Assembly: GCA_040080215.1 (NCBI GenBank)
Contig: JBEBIT010000008.1
Span: 14,487 to 78,486 of the forward strand
From: Steroidobacteraceae bacterium
GTDB taxonomy: Bacteria; Pseudomonadota; Gammaproteobacteria; Steroidobacterales; Steroidobacteraceae
Reading direction: 5' to 3'
Length of the DNA: 64,000 bases
Made by a program: the position numbers and the translations under genes. Below are positions 35,128 to 45,158 of this stretch, piece by piece (position 1 is the first letter of the stretch; every line of letters starts with the position of its first letter). The notes under the pieces are model-generated. The model had not been told where the DNA came from and made no database searches. It saw only the letters and a program-made list of their open reading frames with translations.

Positions 35128-35607
35128 ATGCGCATCCTGTTCGTCTGCATGGGCAATATCTGTCGATCGCCGAGCGCGGAAGGTGTATTCCGCAAGCTGG
35201 TGAGCGAGCGCCGGCCCGATCTGGTGCTGGAAATCGACTCGGCCGGTACCCATGACTACCACACCGGCCATCCTCCTGACCGTCGATCCATCGCGGCTGC
35301 GGCACGACGTGGCATCGACTTGTCCGACCTGCGCGCGAGGACGGTTACACAGGAGGATTTCGAGCGCTTCGACCTGATCCTTGCGATGGATCGGGACAAC
35401 CTCGCGTTGCTGCACCAGAGAGTACCTGCAGTCCATCGGGAGCGGGTGCGCCTGATGATGGAATTTGCACCCGACGCGAGTACCCGTGAAGTGCCGGATC
35501 CGTACTACGGCGGTGCCAACGGATTCGAAGCAGTACTCGACCTGCTGGAAGAAGCCGCGGAAGGGCTGTTGCAGTCGATCGGACAAGCGAAGAACGTGTC
35601 CCGCTGA
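35128..35607 (+). CDS. Low-molecular-weight protein-tyrosine phosphatase
   Basis: The N-terminus MRILFVCMGNICRSPSAEGVF contains the CX5R(S) P-loop. A C-terminal DPYYG motif is also present. Confidence 0.9.
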   Translation: MRILFVCMGNICRSPSAEGVFRKLVSERRPDLVLEIDSAGTHDYHTGHPPDRRSIAAAARRGIDLSDLRARTVTQEDFERFDLILAMDRDNLALLHQRVPAVHRERVRLMMEFAPDASTREVPDPYYGGANGFEAVLDLLEEAAEGLLQSIGQAKNVSR

Positions 35608-35614
35608 ATCAACA

Positions 35615-35643
35615 GCAGGAGCCAGCCATGCGCTGGCTCCTGC
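35615..35643. terminator. Perfect 12-bp hairpin between convergent genes (possible bidirectional terminator; no U-tract)
   Basis: GCAGGAGCCAGC (35615-35626) pairs with GCTGGCTCCTGC (35632-35643) across a 5-nt loop. Confidence 0.5.
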
Positions 35644-35653
35644 GTCAAGTGCC

Positions 35654-38256
35654 CTACTCGCTGCGAGGCGTCGAGTCCCTTTCGGGTGAGAACGACATCG
35701 TGCCCGTGCTCGGGCTGCTTGACCACACTGTCACCGGCTTATCGTTGCTGCTTGCAGGTGCGGACGCCGGCGCTTCGCTCTGGCGAGGCTCCGAGGGCTG
35801 CGGTGCTTCGCGAGGAGCAGCAGGGGGAACCGGGGGAGCGAGTTCAAAACTGCGCTGCGGCTCGGCGGGCCGGGAATCCGGACGCGGCTCATGTGACTGG
35901 AACTCGGAAGTGGACTGCGAAGTCCCCGACTCGGATGATTGCGGCTGCGAGTCGAATGACCGCTCCTGACCGTCGTCACGCGCCTCGTCATTCGCTTGGC
36001 CCGGACCTGCGTTGCCTGGCGCCTCGTCTCCACCACGACCACCACGGCCGCGACGACGACGACCACCACGGCGCGAGCGGCCGCTGCGTTCACCGCGTGC
36101 ATTCGCATCCGGTGCGCCCTCGGCGGGCTTGTCTGCACCTTCAATCCTCTCTTGACCCTGCGGCTGCGCTTCGCGCTGCCGTTCCGGACGCGGCTGATTC
36201 TGTTGCTGCGGCGGCCTCGGCTGCTGGGGCGCTGCAACTGCCTGTGCTGTTGCCGGGTTCGCTGCGGGGTTTGCAGCTGCGGGTGCAGGCGGACGTTGCC
36301 TGTCGCCGCGATCGCGATTGCCCTGGTCCTGGGGGCGACGCTCATCGCGCGGGCGATCGCGCCTTGCATCGGGACGGCGCTCGCCGCCACTGCCGCTGCG
36401 CGGGCCGCGGTCGCGATCCCCGCGATGGCCTTCATCACGATTGCGATCACGATCCCGTCCGTGGCGCTCGGGCCGCGAATCACGACTGCGCTCTGGGCGT
36501 GAGGGGGTGATGGGCTTCACTTCCTCGACCGGTGCGGAACCGGCGCCGCCGAAGAAGAATCGCCACAGCTTAACGAGGATACCGATCTGCTCGACCGGAG
36601 CAGGCTGAGGAGTCACGGCTTCCTGCGCGATGCTGGGCGGTGGCGGCAGGCTTGCGACCGCGCTCGTGACGACGGGTACTTGCGCTTCGGTCTTCGCTTC
36701 GTTGCGATTGGCGATGCCATCCACGTCGACCAGCGGCTGGACTGCGAGCTGGTGGCTGACGATGCTGTTCTCGAGCAACGCCGTTTCATCGTCGCGCACG
36801 CGACGGATGTCGTAAGCGGGCGTCTCGATGTACTTGTTCGGAATCAGCACGACCTGCACGCCACCCTTGGCTTCGATGTTGTGCAACCACTCGCGCTTCT
36901 CGTTCATGAGATACGTGGCGACATCGACGGGCAGCTGGGCGATGACCTTGGCGGTGCGGTCCTTGCGGGCCTCTTCGCCGATGAGACGCAGGATGGCGAG
37001 TGCCAACGACTCGACGCCGCGGATGCTGCCCATGCCCGAGCAGCGCGGGCACGCAATGTGCGTGGCATCGCTGATCGACGGGCGCAGGCGTTGGCGCGAC
37101 ATCTCGAGCAAGCCGAACCGCGACAGGCGGCCGATCTGGATGCGGGCGCGATCCTGCTTGACGGCATCGCGCAACCGGTCTTCGACGGCACGCTGGTTCT
37201 TCTGCGACAGCATGTCGATGAAGTCGATGACGATGAGGCCACCCAGGTCGCGAAGTCGCAGCTGGCGGGCGATTTCATCTGCCGCTTCGAGATTCGTGTT
37301 GAACGCCGTGGTCTCGATGTCGCCTCCACGCGTGGCCCGCGCGGAGTTGATGTCGATGGAGACCAGCGCTTCCGTCGGGTCGATGACCACGGAGCCACCC
37401 GAGGGCAGATGAACCTTGTGCGAGTGTGCCGACTCGATCTGGTTCTCGATCTGGAAGCGCGTGAACAGCGGCACGTCTTCTTCGTACAGCTTCAGCTTGC
37501 GCAGGGAAGCCGGCATGAAGCGCTGCATGTATTCCTGCGCTTCGGCAAAGATGGCGGGGCTGTCGACGAGGATCTCGCCGATGTCGTCATTCAGGTAATC
37601 GCGCAGTGCACGGATGATGGCCTTCGATTCCTGGTAGATCAGGAACGGGGCAGGGCGGTCCTTGGCGGCTTCTTCGATGGCCTTCCAGACTTCCTGCAGG
37701 TTCGCGAGGTCCCACTGCAGTTCCTCCGTCGACCGGCCGACGCCGGCCGTGCGGACGATGGCGCCCATGTTCTCGGGGATGTCCACGGCTTCCAGCGCCT
37801 CACGGAGCTGGTCGCGGTCTTCGCCCTCGATACGACGGGAAACGCCGCCGGCGCGCGGGTTGTTCGGCATCAGCACGAGGAAGCGGCCGGCGAGGCTGAC
37901 GAAGGTGGTCAGCGCAGCGCCCTTGGTGCCGCGTTCTTCCTTCTCGACCTGGACGATGATGTCCTGGCCTTCGGACAGGAGTTCCCGGATGTTGAGCTTG
38001 CCGCTCGCGGCCGCCTGGGTCTTGAAGTATTCCTTCGAGACTTCCTTCAGCGGCAGGAAGCCATGGCGCTCGGCGCCATATTCGACAAAGCACGCCTCGA
38101 GGCTCGGCTCGACGCGCGTGATGCGACCTTTATAGACGTTGGCTTTTTTCTGTTCGCGTGACGGTAATTCGACGTCGAGATCGTAAATGCGCTGGCCATC
38201 AACCAGCGCGACTCGCAACTCCTCTTCCTGGGTTGCATTGACGAGCATTCTTTTCA
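35654..38256 (-). CDS. rne: Ribonuclease E
   Basis: Internal ATG at 38256. The conserved catalytic N-terminal half begins [30 protein letters not shown]. It is followed by a long Arg/Pro/Asp-rich low-complexity C-terminal scaffold. Confidence 0.95.
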
Positions 38257-38689
38257 TGGGCCCCTTCTTTTCGTGGGTACGGGGCCGCAACTCTGCGCAC
38301 GGACGGCGCCAGCTCAAGGCTCAAGGATTGATCGGGGAGTAAGGTCATCCGATTGTCTTCGGCGACGGCCTAAAGGGGCCTTCGCATCAAGGAATCCTGT
38401 CCAGGTCTCTGGCATCCCGCCCGGTGCGGTTTGATCGACCCGGATCCCGAGTTGCGGGTCCGGCGCCGGTCCGACTGCGGCCGAGCGATGGTCTGACTGT
38501 TCAGAACCAACTAAGATGCGGCGCTTTGAGGCGACTTTCGCGCTTCCCAAGGCCACCGCGTGTGGATCGCGTTGCGAACTAAATTGCCCGCACCGCGATA
38601 TGTTTCGCGACGGACTATATCAGGACAGTCTCCCTTTATTCAATGGCTTACGTGTGTCCAGTCCGCAGTTTTCTGCGGGGTCCCCAGTC
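38257..38689 (-). promoter_or_regulatory. Long rne leader / divergent rne-rluC promoter region
   Basis: About 430 nt of non-coding sequence lies between the rne start and the probable rluC start. Long structured rne 5' UTRs that mediate autoregulation are established in enterobacteria. I did not verify the structure here. Confidence 0.35.
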
Positions 38690-39691
38690 GTGACTGCTCC
38701 GAAGCAGAGGTCCGCGCCCGAAACCGCTGCCGGGGAAGGGCCACGGGCCCAGGTTTCCTATGTCGATGCGACCGAGGGTGATGCCGGGCAGCGCATCGAC
38801 AACTTCCTCATGCGCGTGCTCAAGCACGTGCCGAAAAGCCATGTTTACCGGGTTTTGCGCAAGGGCGAAGTCCGAGTCAACGGCAAACGCGCCAAGCCGG
38901 AATACCGGCTGGTCGAAGGTGACAAGGTCCGGATCCCGCCGCTGCGCATCGAGACGGAGGCCCCACAGCAGAAGCCGTCTCATTCCCTGCAGGACGCCTT
39001 GCAGGCAGCTGTTATCCACGAGGATCGGGACATTCTGATCGTCAACAAGCCATCTGGTATCGCCGTGCATGGCGGCAGTGGGCAGTCCTTCGGCGTCATC
39101 GAAGCCCTGCGGGAGGCGCGGCCTGAGCTAAAGGAGCTTGAGCTGGTGCACCGGCTGGATCGGGATACCAGCGGCGTGCTGCTGCTGGCCAAGCGCCGGG
39201 CTGCCTTGCGTGAATTGCACGCGAGGCTTCGCGAGCGGGAGATGGACAAGAAGTACCTGGCGCTGGTCATGGGGCGCTGGACGCTTGGACCCAAGAAGAT
39301 CGATCTGGCGCTCAAGACCAACCTGCGCCAGGGCGGGGAACGGATGGTCCAGGTGCACCCGGAAGGCCAGACGGCGACCAGTCGCTTCAAGCCGATCCAG
39401 TTCTTCGGCAAGGTGGCGACGCTGATGGAAGTGTCGATCGGGACGGGACGGACGCACCAGATCCGCGTGCATGCGGCAGCCGCAGGACACCCGGTCCTCG
39501 GCGACGAGAAGTATGGTGATCGCGACGGCAACAACGCGCTCAAGGCCTATGGCCTCAGGCGCATGTTCCTGCATGCCCAATCGCTCGGGTTCCAGAAGCC
39601 GGGCAGTACCGAGAAATTCAGCATCAGCGCGCCCCTGGACGAGGAGCTGCAGAAGGTGCTCGACAACCTGAAGAAGGCGGAGAAGGGCTAG
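38690..39691 (+). CDS. rluC: 23S rRNA pseudouridine synthase RluC (RluA family); the start is uncertain (a GTG at 38690 is proposed, and the ORF opens at 38516)
   Basis: It has an S4 domain (RIDNFLMRVLKHVPKSHVYRVLRKGEVRVNGKR) and the catalytic motif HRLDRDTSGVLLLAK, with a late GRTHQIRVH. The gene is divergent from rne as in E. coli. Confidence 0.9.
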   Translation: MTAPKQRSAPETAAGEGPRAQVSYVDATEGDAGQRIDNFLMRVLKHVPKSHVYRVLRKGEVRVNGKRAKPEYRLVEGDKVRIPPLRIETEAPQQKPSHSLQDALQAAVIHEDRDILIVNKPSGIAVHGGSGQSFGVIEALREARPELKELELVHRLDRDTSGVLLLAKRRAALRELHARLREREMDKKYLALVMGRWTLGPKKIDLALKTNLRQGGERMVQVHPEGQTATSRFKPIQFFGKVATLMEVSIGTGRTHQIRVHAAAAGHPVLGDEKYGDRDGNNALKAYGLRRMFLHAQSLGFQKPGSTEKFSISAPLDEELQKVLDNLKKAEKG

Positions 39692-39722
39692 TAGCTCGCT
39701 TTTGCGGCAGCCCTGCGGCTAC

Positions 39723-40325
39723 TCACGGCAGTTCGAATCCCGCCCGGCGCAACGCGCCGCTCAGCCAGATCAGCGGCAGTCCCATGAGCCCCGTTGGGTC
39801 CTGGGAGTCGATGCGGTCGAACAGCGAGATGCCGAGTCCCTCGCACTTGAAGCCGCCTGCGCAGTCGAAAGGCTGCTCCGCATCCACATACCGCTTGATC
39901 TCGGCATCCGTCAGCGTCCGGAACGTGACGGTGGTGGTGTCGACATGGCTCTCCTGCCGACCGGTGCGGGTGTCGAGGAGCTGGACACCCGAGTGGAACA
40001 GGACCCTCTGGCCGCTGGCGTCGCGCAGTTGCTCGATGCACTTGTCCCTGGAGCCTGGCTTGCCGAGGACGATCCTGCCCCGCAAGGCAACCTGGTCCGA
40101 CCCGATGATGATGCTGTTGGGATAGCGGGCAGCCACCGCGGCGGCCTTTTCCCGTGAAAGGCGCTGCGACAGGGTCAGGGCGTCCTCGTCCGGGCCGCGG
40201 GTTTCATCCACTTGGGAACCGCAGGTCACGAACGGGATTCTGAGGCGCTCCAGCAGCTCGCGGCGGTAGCGGGAAGTGGAGGCCAGTACGAGGGGCAGTG
40301 CGGGGCGCGGCGAATGGGGGCTCAT
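39723..40325 (-). CDS. Maf-family nucleoside triphosphate pyrophosphatase (YceF-like)
   Basis: Motifs present are LVLASTSRYRRELLERL, IIGSDQV, GKPG and AGGFKCEGLG. The gene occupies the yceF position of the conserved cluster. Confidence 0.9.
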   Translation of the reverse strand: MSPHSPRPALPLVLASTSRYRRELLERLRIPFVTCGSQVDETRGPDEDALTLSQRLSREKAAAVAARYPNSIIIGSDQVALRGRIVLGKPGSRDKCIEQLRDASGQRVLFHSGVQLLDTRTGRQESHVDTTTVTFRTLTDAEIKRYVDAEQPFDCAGGFKCEGLGISLFDRIDSQDPTGLMGLPLIWLSGALRRAGFELP

Positions 40326-40389
40326 GGTCGCAAGTCCGGGTCTCTATCTTTATGAAAAAACAAGGATTTAGGGAGCAGAAAACTTTGAC

Positions 40390-40941
40390 ATGCTCCGGCT
40401 CGATCCCTATCATACGCGCCCCATGCCGGCCACCCCGGACGAACCTGTCGATGCTATTGTGCTGGCTGGCCGCGAAGCGGTCGTCGAGCGCAGCTACGAC
40501 CTTGCGGGTTTGCCGCGTGCGGGCTTGGCAGGCTGTTTGCCGGGGACGGCAGTTGCCGTGCAGTTCCGGTTTTCGCGGGCCGAAGGCGGCATCGGGATCG
40601 ACACTGAGTTGGACGGCCAAGTGGTGCTGACATGTCAGCGCTGCCTGAAGCCGGTCGCGGTGCCGGTCCAGGGCGACAGTGCGCTGGTTCTGGTTGCAGA
40701 CGATGCTGCAGCGGAGCAGGTGCCGGATGGGCGAGAGCCCATTGTTGCCGAGGCCAATCAGGTAGACCTGACCTGGCTGGCGGAAGAAGAAATGTTGCTT
40801 GCGTTGCCGCTCGTGCCGTTGCACGAGGAAGCGTGCAGCGCGGCGGTCGACAGTGAAGCGGTTGCAGTTGTGAGCGAGGTCCCGGAAGGGAAGCGCCAGA
40901 AGCCTTTTGAGAACCTGCGGGATCTGTTGAAGAAGCAGTGA
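40390..40941 (+). CDS. yceD: YceD (DUF177) large-ribosomal-subunit accumulation protein
   Basis: It carries CQRCLKPV and a C-terminal acidic/PLVPLHEE region. It lies directly upstream of rpmF, as in most bacteria. Confidence 0.85.
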   Translation: MLRLDPYHTRPMPATPDEPVDAIVLAGREAVVERSYDLAGLPRAGLAGCLPGTAVAVQFRFSRAEGGIGIDTELDGQVVLTCQRCLKPVAVPVQGDSALVLVADDAAAEQVPDGREPIVAEANQVDLTWLAEEEMLLALPLVPLHEEACSAAVDSEAVAVVSEVPEGKRQKPFENLRDLLKKQ

Positions 40942-40965
40942 CCTCGCACCAGTAGAGTACGAACC

Positions 40966-41157
40966 ATGCCAGTCCAGAAAAGCAGAAAGACTCCTTCCAA
41001 GCGCGGTATGCACCGGTCGCACGACGGCCTTGCACGCCCGGCCCTGTCCATCGACCCGACGTCCGGCGAGACGCACCTGCGTCATCGCATCACCCCGGAT
41101 GGTTTCTATCGCGGGAAGAAGGTCATCGAAGGCCGCGTCGAAGAAGACAAGGAATAG
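40966..41157 (+). CDS. rpmF: 50S ribosomal protein L32
   Basis: The N-terminus is [22 protein letters not shown]. Confidence 0.95.
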   Translation: MPVQKSRKTPSKRGMHRSHDGLARPALSIDPTSGETHLRHRITPDGFYRGKKVIEGRVEEDKE

Positions 41158-41220
41158 CATTCCTTTGAGCAAGCGGACGTCTGCAGTCCCCTGCACACGT
41201 AAGGCCACTGATCGTCTGCG

Positions 41221-42276
41221 GTGGCCGACGATCTTCCCGGCCGAAGCGCCTTGACCAGGCGCATTACCATTGCGATCGATGCGATGGGAGGGGATCACGG
41301 CCCTTCGATCACCGTGCCCGCCGCGCTCTCTGTATTGAGGGCGGAACCCGACCTCCACGTCATCCTGGTAGGCAAGCGGGAAGTCGTTGAGCCGCTGGCC
41401 GGATCTTCGCTCCATTCCCTTGGCGAACGGTTGACGCTGCAGGACGCGACGCAGGTCGTCACGATGGACGAGCGCCCGCAGGACGCGTTGCGCAAGAAGA
41501 AGGACTCTTCGATGCGTGTCGCCATTGACCTGGTGAAATCCGACGCCGCGGACGCTTGCGTCAGCGCCGGCAACACGGGCGCGTTGATGGCGACTGCCCG
41601 ATTCGTGCTGAAGACCGTCACGGGGATCGACCGCCCTGCGATCCTGGCACGAATTCCCTCGCGGACCGGCCATACACACATGCTGGATCTCGGAGCCAAC
41701 GCCGATTGCACGGCGGAACAGCTTTTCCAGTTTGCGGTGATGGGTGCGGTAGTCGCCGCCGATGTGAATGGCGTCGACCGGCCACGAGTGGGTCTCCTCA
41801 ACATCGGCGAGGAAGAGATGAAGGGCAACGAAGTTGTCCAACAGGCGGCAAACCTGCTTGTGAAAAGCACGCTCAATTACATCGGTTTCGTCGAAGGCAC
41901 GGATATTTTCACTGGCGAAGTGGACGTGGTGGTGACGGACGGCTTTACCGGCAATATCGCCCTCAAGACCATGGAAGGCGTTGCCGCCATGCTGGTCGGT
42001 GCGCTGCGTACGGAATACACTCGAAACCCGATCCGCCGTCTCGGCGCCCTGGCGTCATGGCCGGCGCTGAAGGCGATACGCCGGCGATTTGATACACGTA
42101 CCCTGAATGGTGCCAGCATGGTCGGATTGACCGGTGTGGTCATCAAGAGTCATGGCGGCGCCGACCAGGTCGCCTTTGCCAACGCGATTCGCGTTGGGTT
42201 GGCCGAAGCGCGCAAGGGTGCGCCTACCGAGATAAGCCAGCTCCTCGCGGCCCAACCTACGCAGCAGACACACTGA
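41221..42276 (+). CDS. plsX: Phosphate acyltransferase PlsX
   Basis: Motifs present are ITIAIDAMGGDHGP, SAGNTGALMA, LLNIGEE and DGFTGN. The start is a GTG. Confidence 0.95.
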   Translation: MADDLPGRSALTRRITIAIDAMGGDHGPSITVPAALSVLRAEPDLHVILVGKREVVEPLAGSSLHSLGERLTLQDATQVVTMDERPQDALRKKKDSSMRVAIDLVKSDAADACVSAGNTGALMATARFVLKTVTGIDRPAILARIPSRTGHTHMLDLGANADCTAEQLFQFAVMGAVVAADVNGVDRPRVGLLNIGEEEMKGNEVVQQAANLLVKSTLNYIGFVEGTDIFTGEVDVVVTDGFTGNIALKTMEGVAAMLVGALRTEYTRNPIRRLGALASWPALKAIRRRFDTRTLNGASMVGLTGVVIKSHGGADQVAFANAIRVGLAEARKGAPTEISQLLAAQPTQQTH

Positions 42277-42285
42277 GAAGACCGA

Positions 42286-43251
42286 ATGTATTCCAGAATT
42301 GCAGGCACAGGCAGCTACCTTCCCGAGAAGGTGCTGACCAATTTCGACCTCGAGAAGATCGTCGAGACGACGGACGAATGGATCCGTACGCGCACCGGCA
42401 TCGAACGTCGGCACGTCGCGGCGCCCGAACAGACCACCTGCGACATGGCCGAGCAGGCGGCGCGCAGGGCGATGGAGTCGGCCGGTGTCGGTCCCGAAGA
42501 GATCGACCTCATCGTCATCGGGACAACCACGCCGGATCAGGTTTTTCCAAATACCGGGTGTCTGCTGCAGGCTCGTCTCGGCATCCACGGACCGCCGGCC
42601 ATCCAGCTCGAAGCAGCCTGCTCGGGATTCATCTATGGCCTCAGCATTGCCGACCGATTCATTCGCACGGGGGGCGCCAAGTGCGCACTCGTGATCGGTG
42701 CCGACATGTTGACGCGCATCGTGGACTGGACTGATCGCACCACGTGCGTCCTGTTCGCCGATGGCGCGGGCGCCGTCATCCTGAAGCCCTCGGACGAGGC
42801 GGGCATCATGTCGACGCACATCCACGCCGATGGCGCCTATTCCAACCTGCTGTACGTCCCGACGGGCGTGTCCAAGAAGCATGATCCCGCAGTCGCCAAC
42901 CAGCACTGCGTCATCATGAAGGGCAACGAAGTGTTCAAGGTGGCGGTCAACACGCTGGGCCGCATCGTCGATGAAACCCTCGAGGCCAACCAGCTCGACA
43001 AGTCGGCCATCGACTGGCTGGTACCGCATCAGGCCAACATGAGGATCATCCAGGCCACGGCGAAGAAGCTCGACATGCCGATGGAAAAGGTCATCGTCAC
43101 CGTCCAGGACCAGGGTAATACCTCGGCCGCGTCGGTGCCGCTGGCGCTCGATACCGGCGTTCGTGACGGGCGGATCAAGCGGGGAGACCTGTTGCTGCTC
43201 GAGGCATTCGGCGGCGGATTTACCTGGGGATCGGCCCTGGTCCGCTATTGA
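42286..43251 (+). CDS. fabH: Beta-ketoacyl-ACP synthase III
   Basis: The N-terminus is MYSRIAGTGSYLPEKVLTNFDLEKIVETTDEWIRTRTGI. The active-site Cys is in AACSGF, with HQAN and GNTSAAS also present. Confidence 0.95.
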   Translation: MYSRIAGTGSYLPEKVLTNFDLEKIVETTDEWIRTRTGIERRHVAAPEQTTCDMAEQAARRAMESAGVGPEEIDLIVIGTTTPDQVFPNTGCLLQARLGIHGPPAIQLEAACSGFIYGLSIADRFIRTGGAKCALVIGADMLTRIVDWTDRTTCVLFADGAGAVILKPSDEAGIMSTHIHADGAYSNLLYVPTGVSKKHDPAVANQHCVIMKGNEVFKVAVNTLGRIVDETLEANQLDKSAIDWLVPHQANMRIIQATAKKLDMPMEKVIVTVQDQGNTSAASVPLALDTGVRDGRIKRGDLLLLEAFGGGFTWGSALVRY

Positions 43252-43252
43252 G

Positions 43253-43297
43253 TCGCTGCGCTGCGATTCCGGGACCGGTGCAGCGGCAGCGATTTTC
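43253..43297 (+). terminator. Rho-independent terminator immediately after fabH
   Basis: TCGCTGCGCTGC (43253-43264) pairs with GCAGCGGCAGCGA (43280-43292) with one bulge. TTTT follows. Confidence 0.7.
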
Positions 43298-43338
43298 CAC
43301 TTTCCTGCTAGACTCCTGCGCAAGTTTCGCTTAAGTTC

Positions 43339-44313
43339 ATGAAACCCATGGAATACCCGCGCCCGTTCGCACTGTCAGTCCTTCTCTGCCTGTTGGCTGG
43401 GGCCTCTGCGTCCGCGGCGACCTATCCTTTGCCCGCCGAGGCCGACTCGGTCGTCGGCGAGATCCAGTATGTAGTCACCCGATACGAGGACACCCTGCTC
43501 GATATCGGCAGGCGTTTCGGCATCGGCTACGAAGAAATCGTGAATGCCAATCCCGGGGTTGACGCCTGGGTTCCGGGCACTGGCGTGCGGGTCACCATTC
43601 CTTCCCGTTTCATCCTTCCCGACGCACCCCGCGAGGGTATCGTCGTGAACCTGCCCGAACACAGGCTCTATTACTTCCCGAAGCCGAAGGCGGGGGAGCC
43701 TGCTGTGGTGCAGACCTATCCGGTCAGCGTCGGCAAGGAAGACTGGACGACGCCCGTGGGCGTTACTCGAGTCGTCGACAAGCGAGTGCGTCCGACGTGG
43801 TACCCGCCCGAATCCGTCCGCGCAGAGCATGCAGCCCAAGGCCGGTTCCTGGCCAAGGCGGTGCCACCGGGGCCTGACAATCCGCTGGGCGAGTTCGCAA
43901 TGCGCTTGGGCTTGCCGGGCGGCGCCTATCTGATCCATGGCACCAACAAGCCCACGGGTGTTGGCATGCCGGTCACGCACGGCTGCATCCGCATGTTCCC
44001 CGAGGACATCGAGAACGTATTCCAGCAAGTGCCGGTGAATACAACTGTCCGGATCCTGCACCAGCCGAGCAAGATGGGATGGCTAGGGGACAATCTGTAC
44101 CTGGAAGTACACGGCATGCTGGAAGGGCAGAAAGACCCAGAGACCTACGGGCTCACCCAGTTGACGCGCGCGGTGGTGGCGGCCACGAAGGATCGGCCGG
44201 TGCAGCTCGACTGGAAGCATGCAGAGCAGGTTTTCGCCAAGGCCACCGGCGTTCCGGAGCCGCTCTCGCACCTGCCTCCCGTGGTTGCAAGTACAGAAAG
44301 CGGCGCTCGCTAG
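43339..44313 (+). CDS. Periplasmic L,D-transpeptidase (LysM + YkuD domains; ErfK/YbiS/YcfS-like)
   Basis: It has a signal peptide and a LysM segment (YVVTRYEDTLLDIGRRFGIGYEEIVNANPGV). The YkuD catalytic motif is IHGTNKPTGVGMPVTHGCIRM. Confidence 0.9.
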   Translation: MKPMEYPRPFALSVLLCLLAGASASAATYPLPAEADSVVGEIQYVVTRYEDTLLDIGRRFGIGYEEIVNANPGVDAWVPGTGVRVTIPSRFILPDAPREGIVVNLPEHRLYYFPKPKAGEPAVVQTYPVSVGKEDWTTPVGVTRVVDKRVRPTWYPPESVRAEHAAQGRFLAKAVPPGPDNPLGEFAMRLGLPGGAYLIHGTNKPTGVGMPVTHGCIRMFPEDIENVFQQVPVNTTVRILHQPSKMGWLGDNLYLEVHGMLEGQKDPETYGLTQLTRAVVAATKDRPVQLDWKHAEQVFAKATGVPEPLSHLPPVVASTESGAR

Positions 44314-44502
44314 CCTCGCTGGCTGCCGCGCTCCGCGGCGGACTGAACTGCCCTATCGGCAAACTCTGGCTGCGTTCGCTTGCGGCGCTGGTACACTGCG
44401 GGCCGCGGGTCCTGCGGTTCTGATCTGTCCATACCTATTGGGGTTAGTCCACGGTGATGTCCGTGGGGCCCGCCTATCCCCCCCCAACTAGAAGACTCCC
44501 CT

Positions 44503-44540
44503 CCCGAAAACGAAAACGCCGCGAGGTTTCCCCCGCGGCG
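44503..44540 (-). terminator. Rho-independent terminator of the lipoprotein gene
   Basis: On the minus strand the hairpin CGCCGCG..CGCGGCG (44517-44540) is followed by TTTTCGTTTTCGGG, about 30 nt after the stop. Confidence 0.8.
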
Positions 44541-44569
44541 CTCGTAGAAAGACCTGAAAACGAGTCGAA

Positions 44570-44881
44570 TTACTTCGACTGCGTCTGCTTGAACATGCGG
44601 TCGATCTTCTCGTTGGTGGCATCGCAGCAGGCCTGGCTGGCCTGGGCAGCCGTCAACGCACGGTTGGCGGCATTCTGCGCGCCATCCGCAGCGGTGCGGG
44701 CAGCAGCAGCTGCTGCAGCAGCGGCATCGGCAGCAGACTTTGCAGCTGCAGCATCCTGCACGCCCTTGTCAGCAGTCGCCTTGACGGCATTCAACTGCTC
44801 GGTGGTTACGCAGCCCGTGGCGGCGACGAGGAAGAGGGCAGCGACGCCCACCTTCAGGGTGTTGGCAACAGTATTTTTCAT
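44570..44881 (-). CDS. Alanine-rich outer-membrane lipoprotein with a C-terminal Lys (Lpp/OprI-like)
   Basis: 103 aa. It has the lipobox LVAATGC and an Ala-rich coiled-coil-like body. The C-terminus DRMFKQTQSK ends in Lys, like Braun lipoprotein and Pseudomonas OprI. The upstream region is AT-rich and the gene has its own terminator. Confidence 0.75.
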   Translation of the reverse strand: MKNTVANTLKVGVAALFLVAATGCVTTEQLNAVKATADKGVQDAAAAKSAADAAAAAAAAARTAADGAQNAANRALTAAQASQACCDATNEKIDRMFKQTQSK

Positions 44882-45158
44882 CTTCGTTCCCCTCTTGCTG
44901 GGTCAGAGTTTGGATCAAGTAAAAGCTTCTTCTTAACTCGCCGTGGGCAGAATCGTCCCTTCCACGAATCCCCCGCATCACCTGCGAGCAGGTACTGCGG
45001 GATGAGTCGATGTGGAGAATACAAGATTGCAGCGGTGCAATAAAGCTTATGTTATGAACCGTCGGCAGACGGCGACATAAAAAGCTGCGGGATTCCAGCT
45101 GCTTGCGAGGTGTAGGATTGCGCTGACTCTGCGAAGGGCGAACCCTACCCGCTAGAGG

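Noticed and set aside
35686-38161. Several overlapping ORFs in other frames and on the other strand across rne, including Arg/Ala-rich 160-490 aa products
   Set aside because: They are caused by the low-complexity, repetitive codon content of the RNase E C-terminal scaffold and by GC-rich antisense frames. RNase E explains the region.
40204-43323. Two long minus-strand ORFs (40204-41841 and 42055-43323) opposite yceD-rpmF-plsX-fabH
   Set aside because: They are antisense to universally conserved housekeeping genes, and their translations have no motifs.
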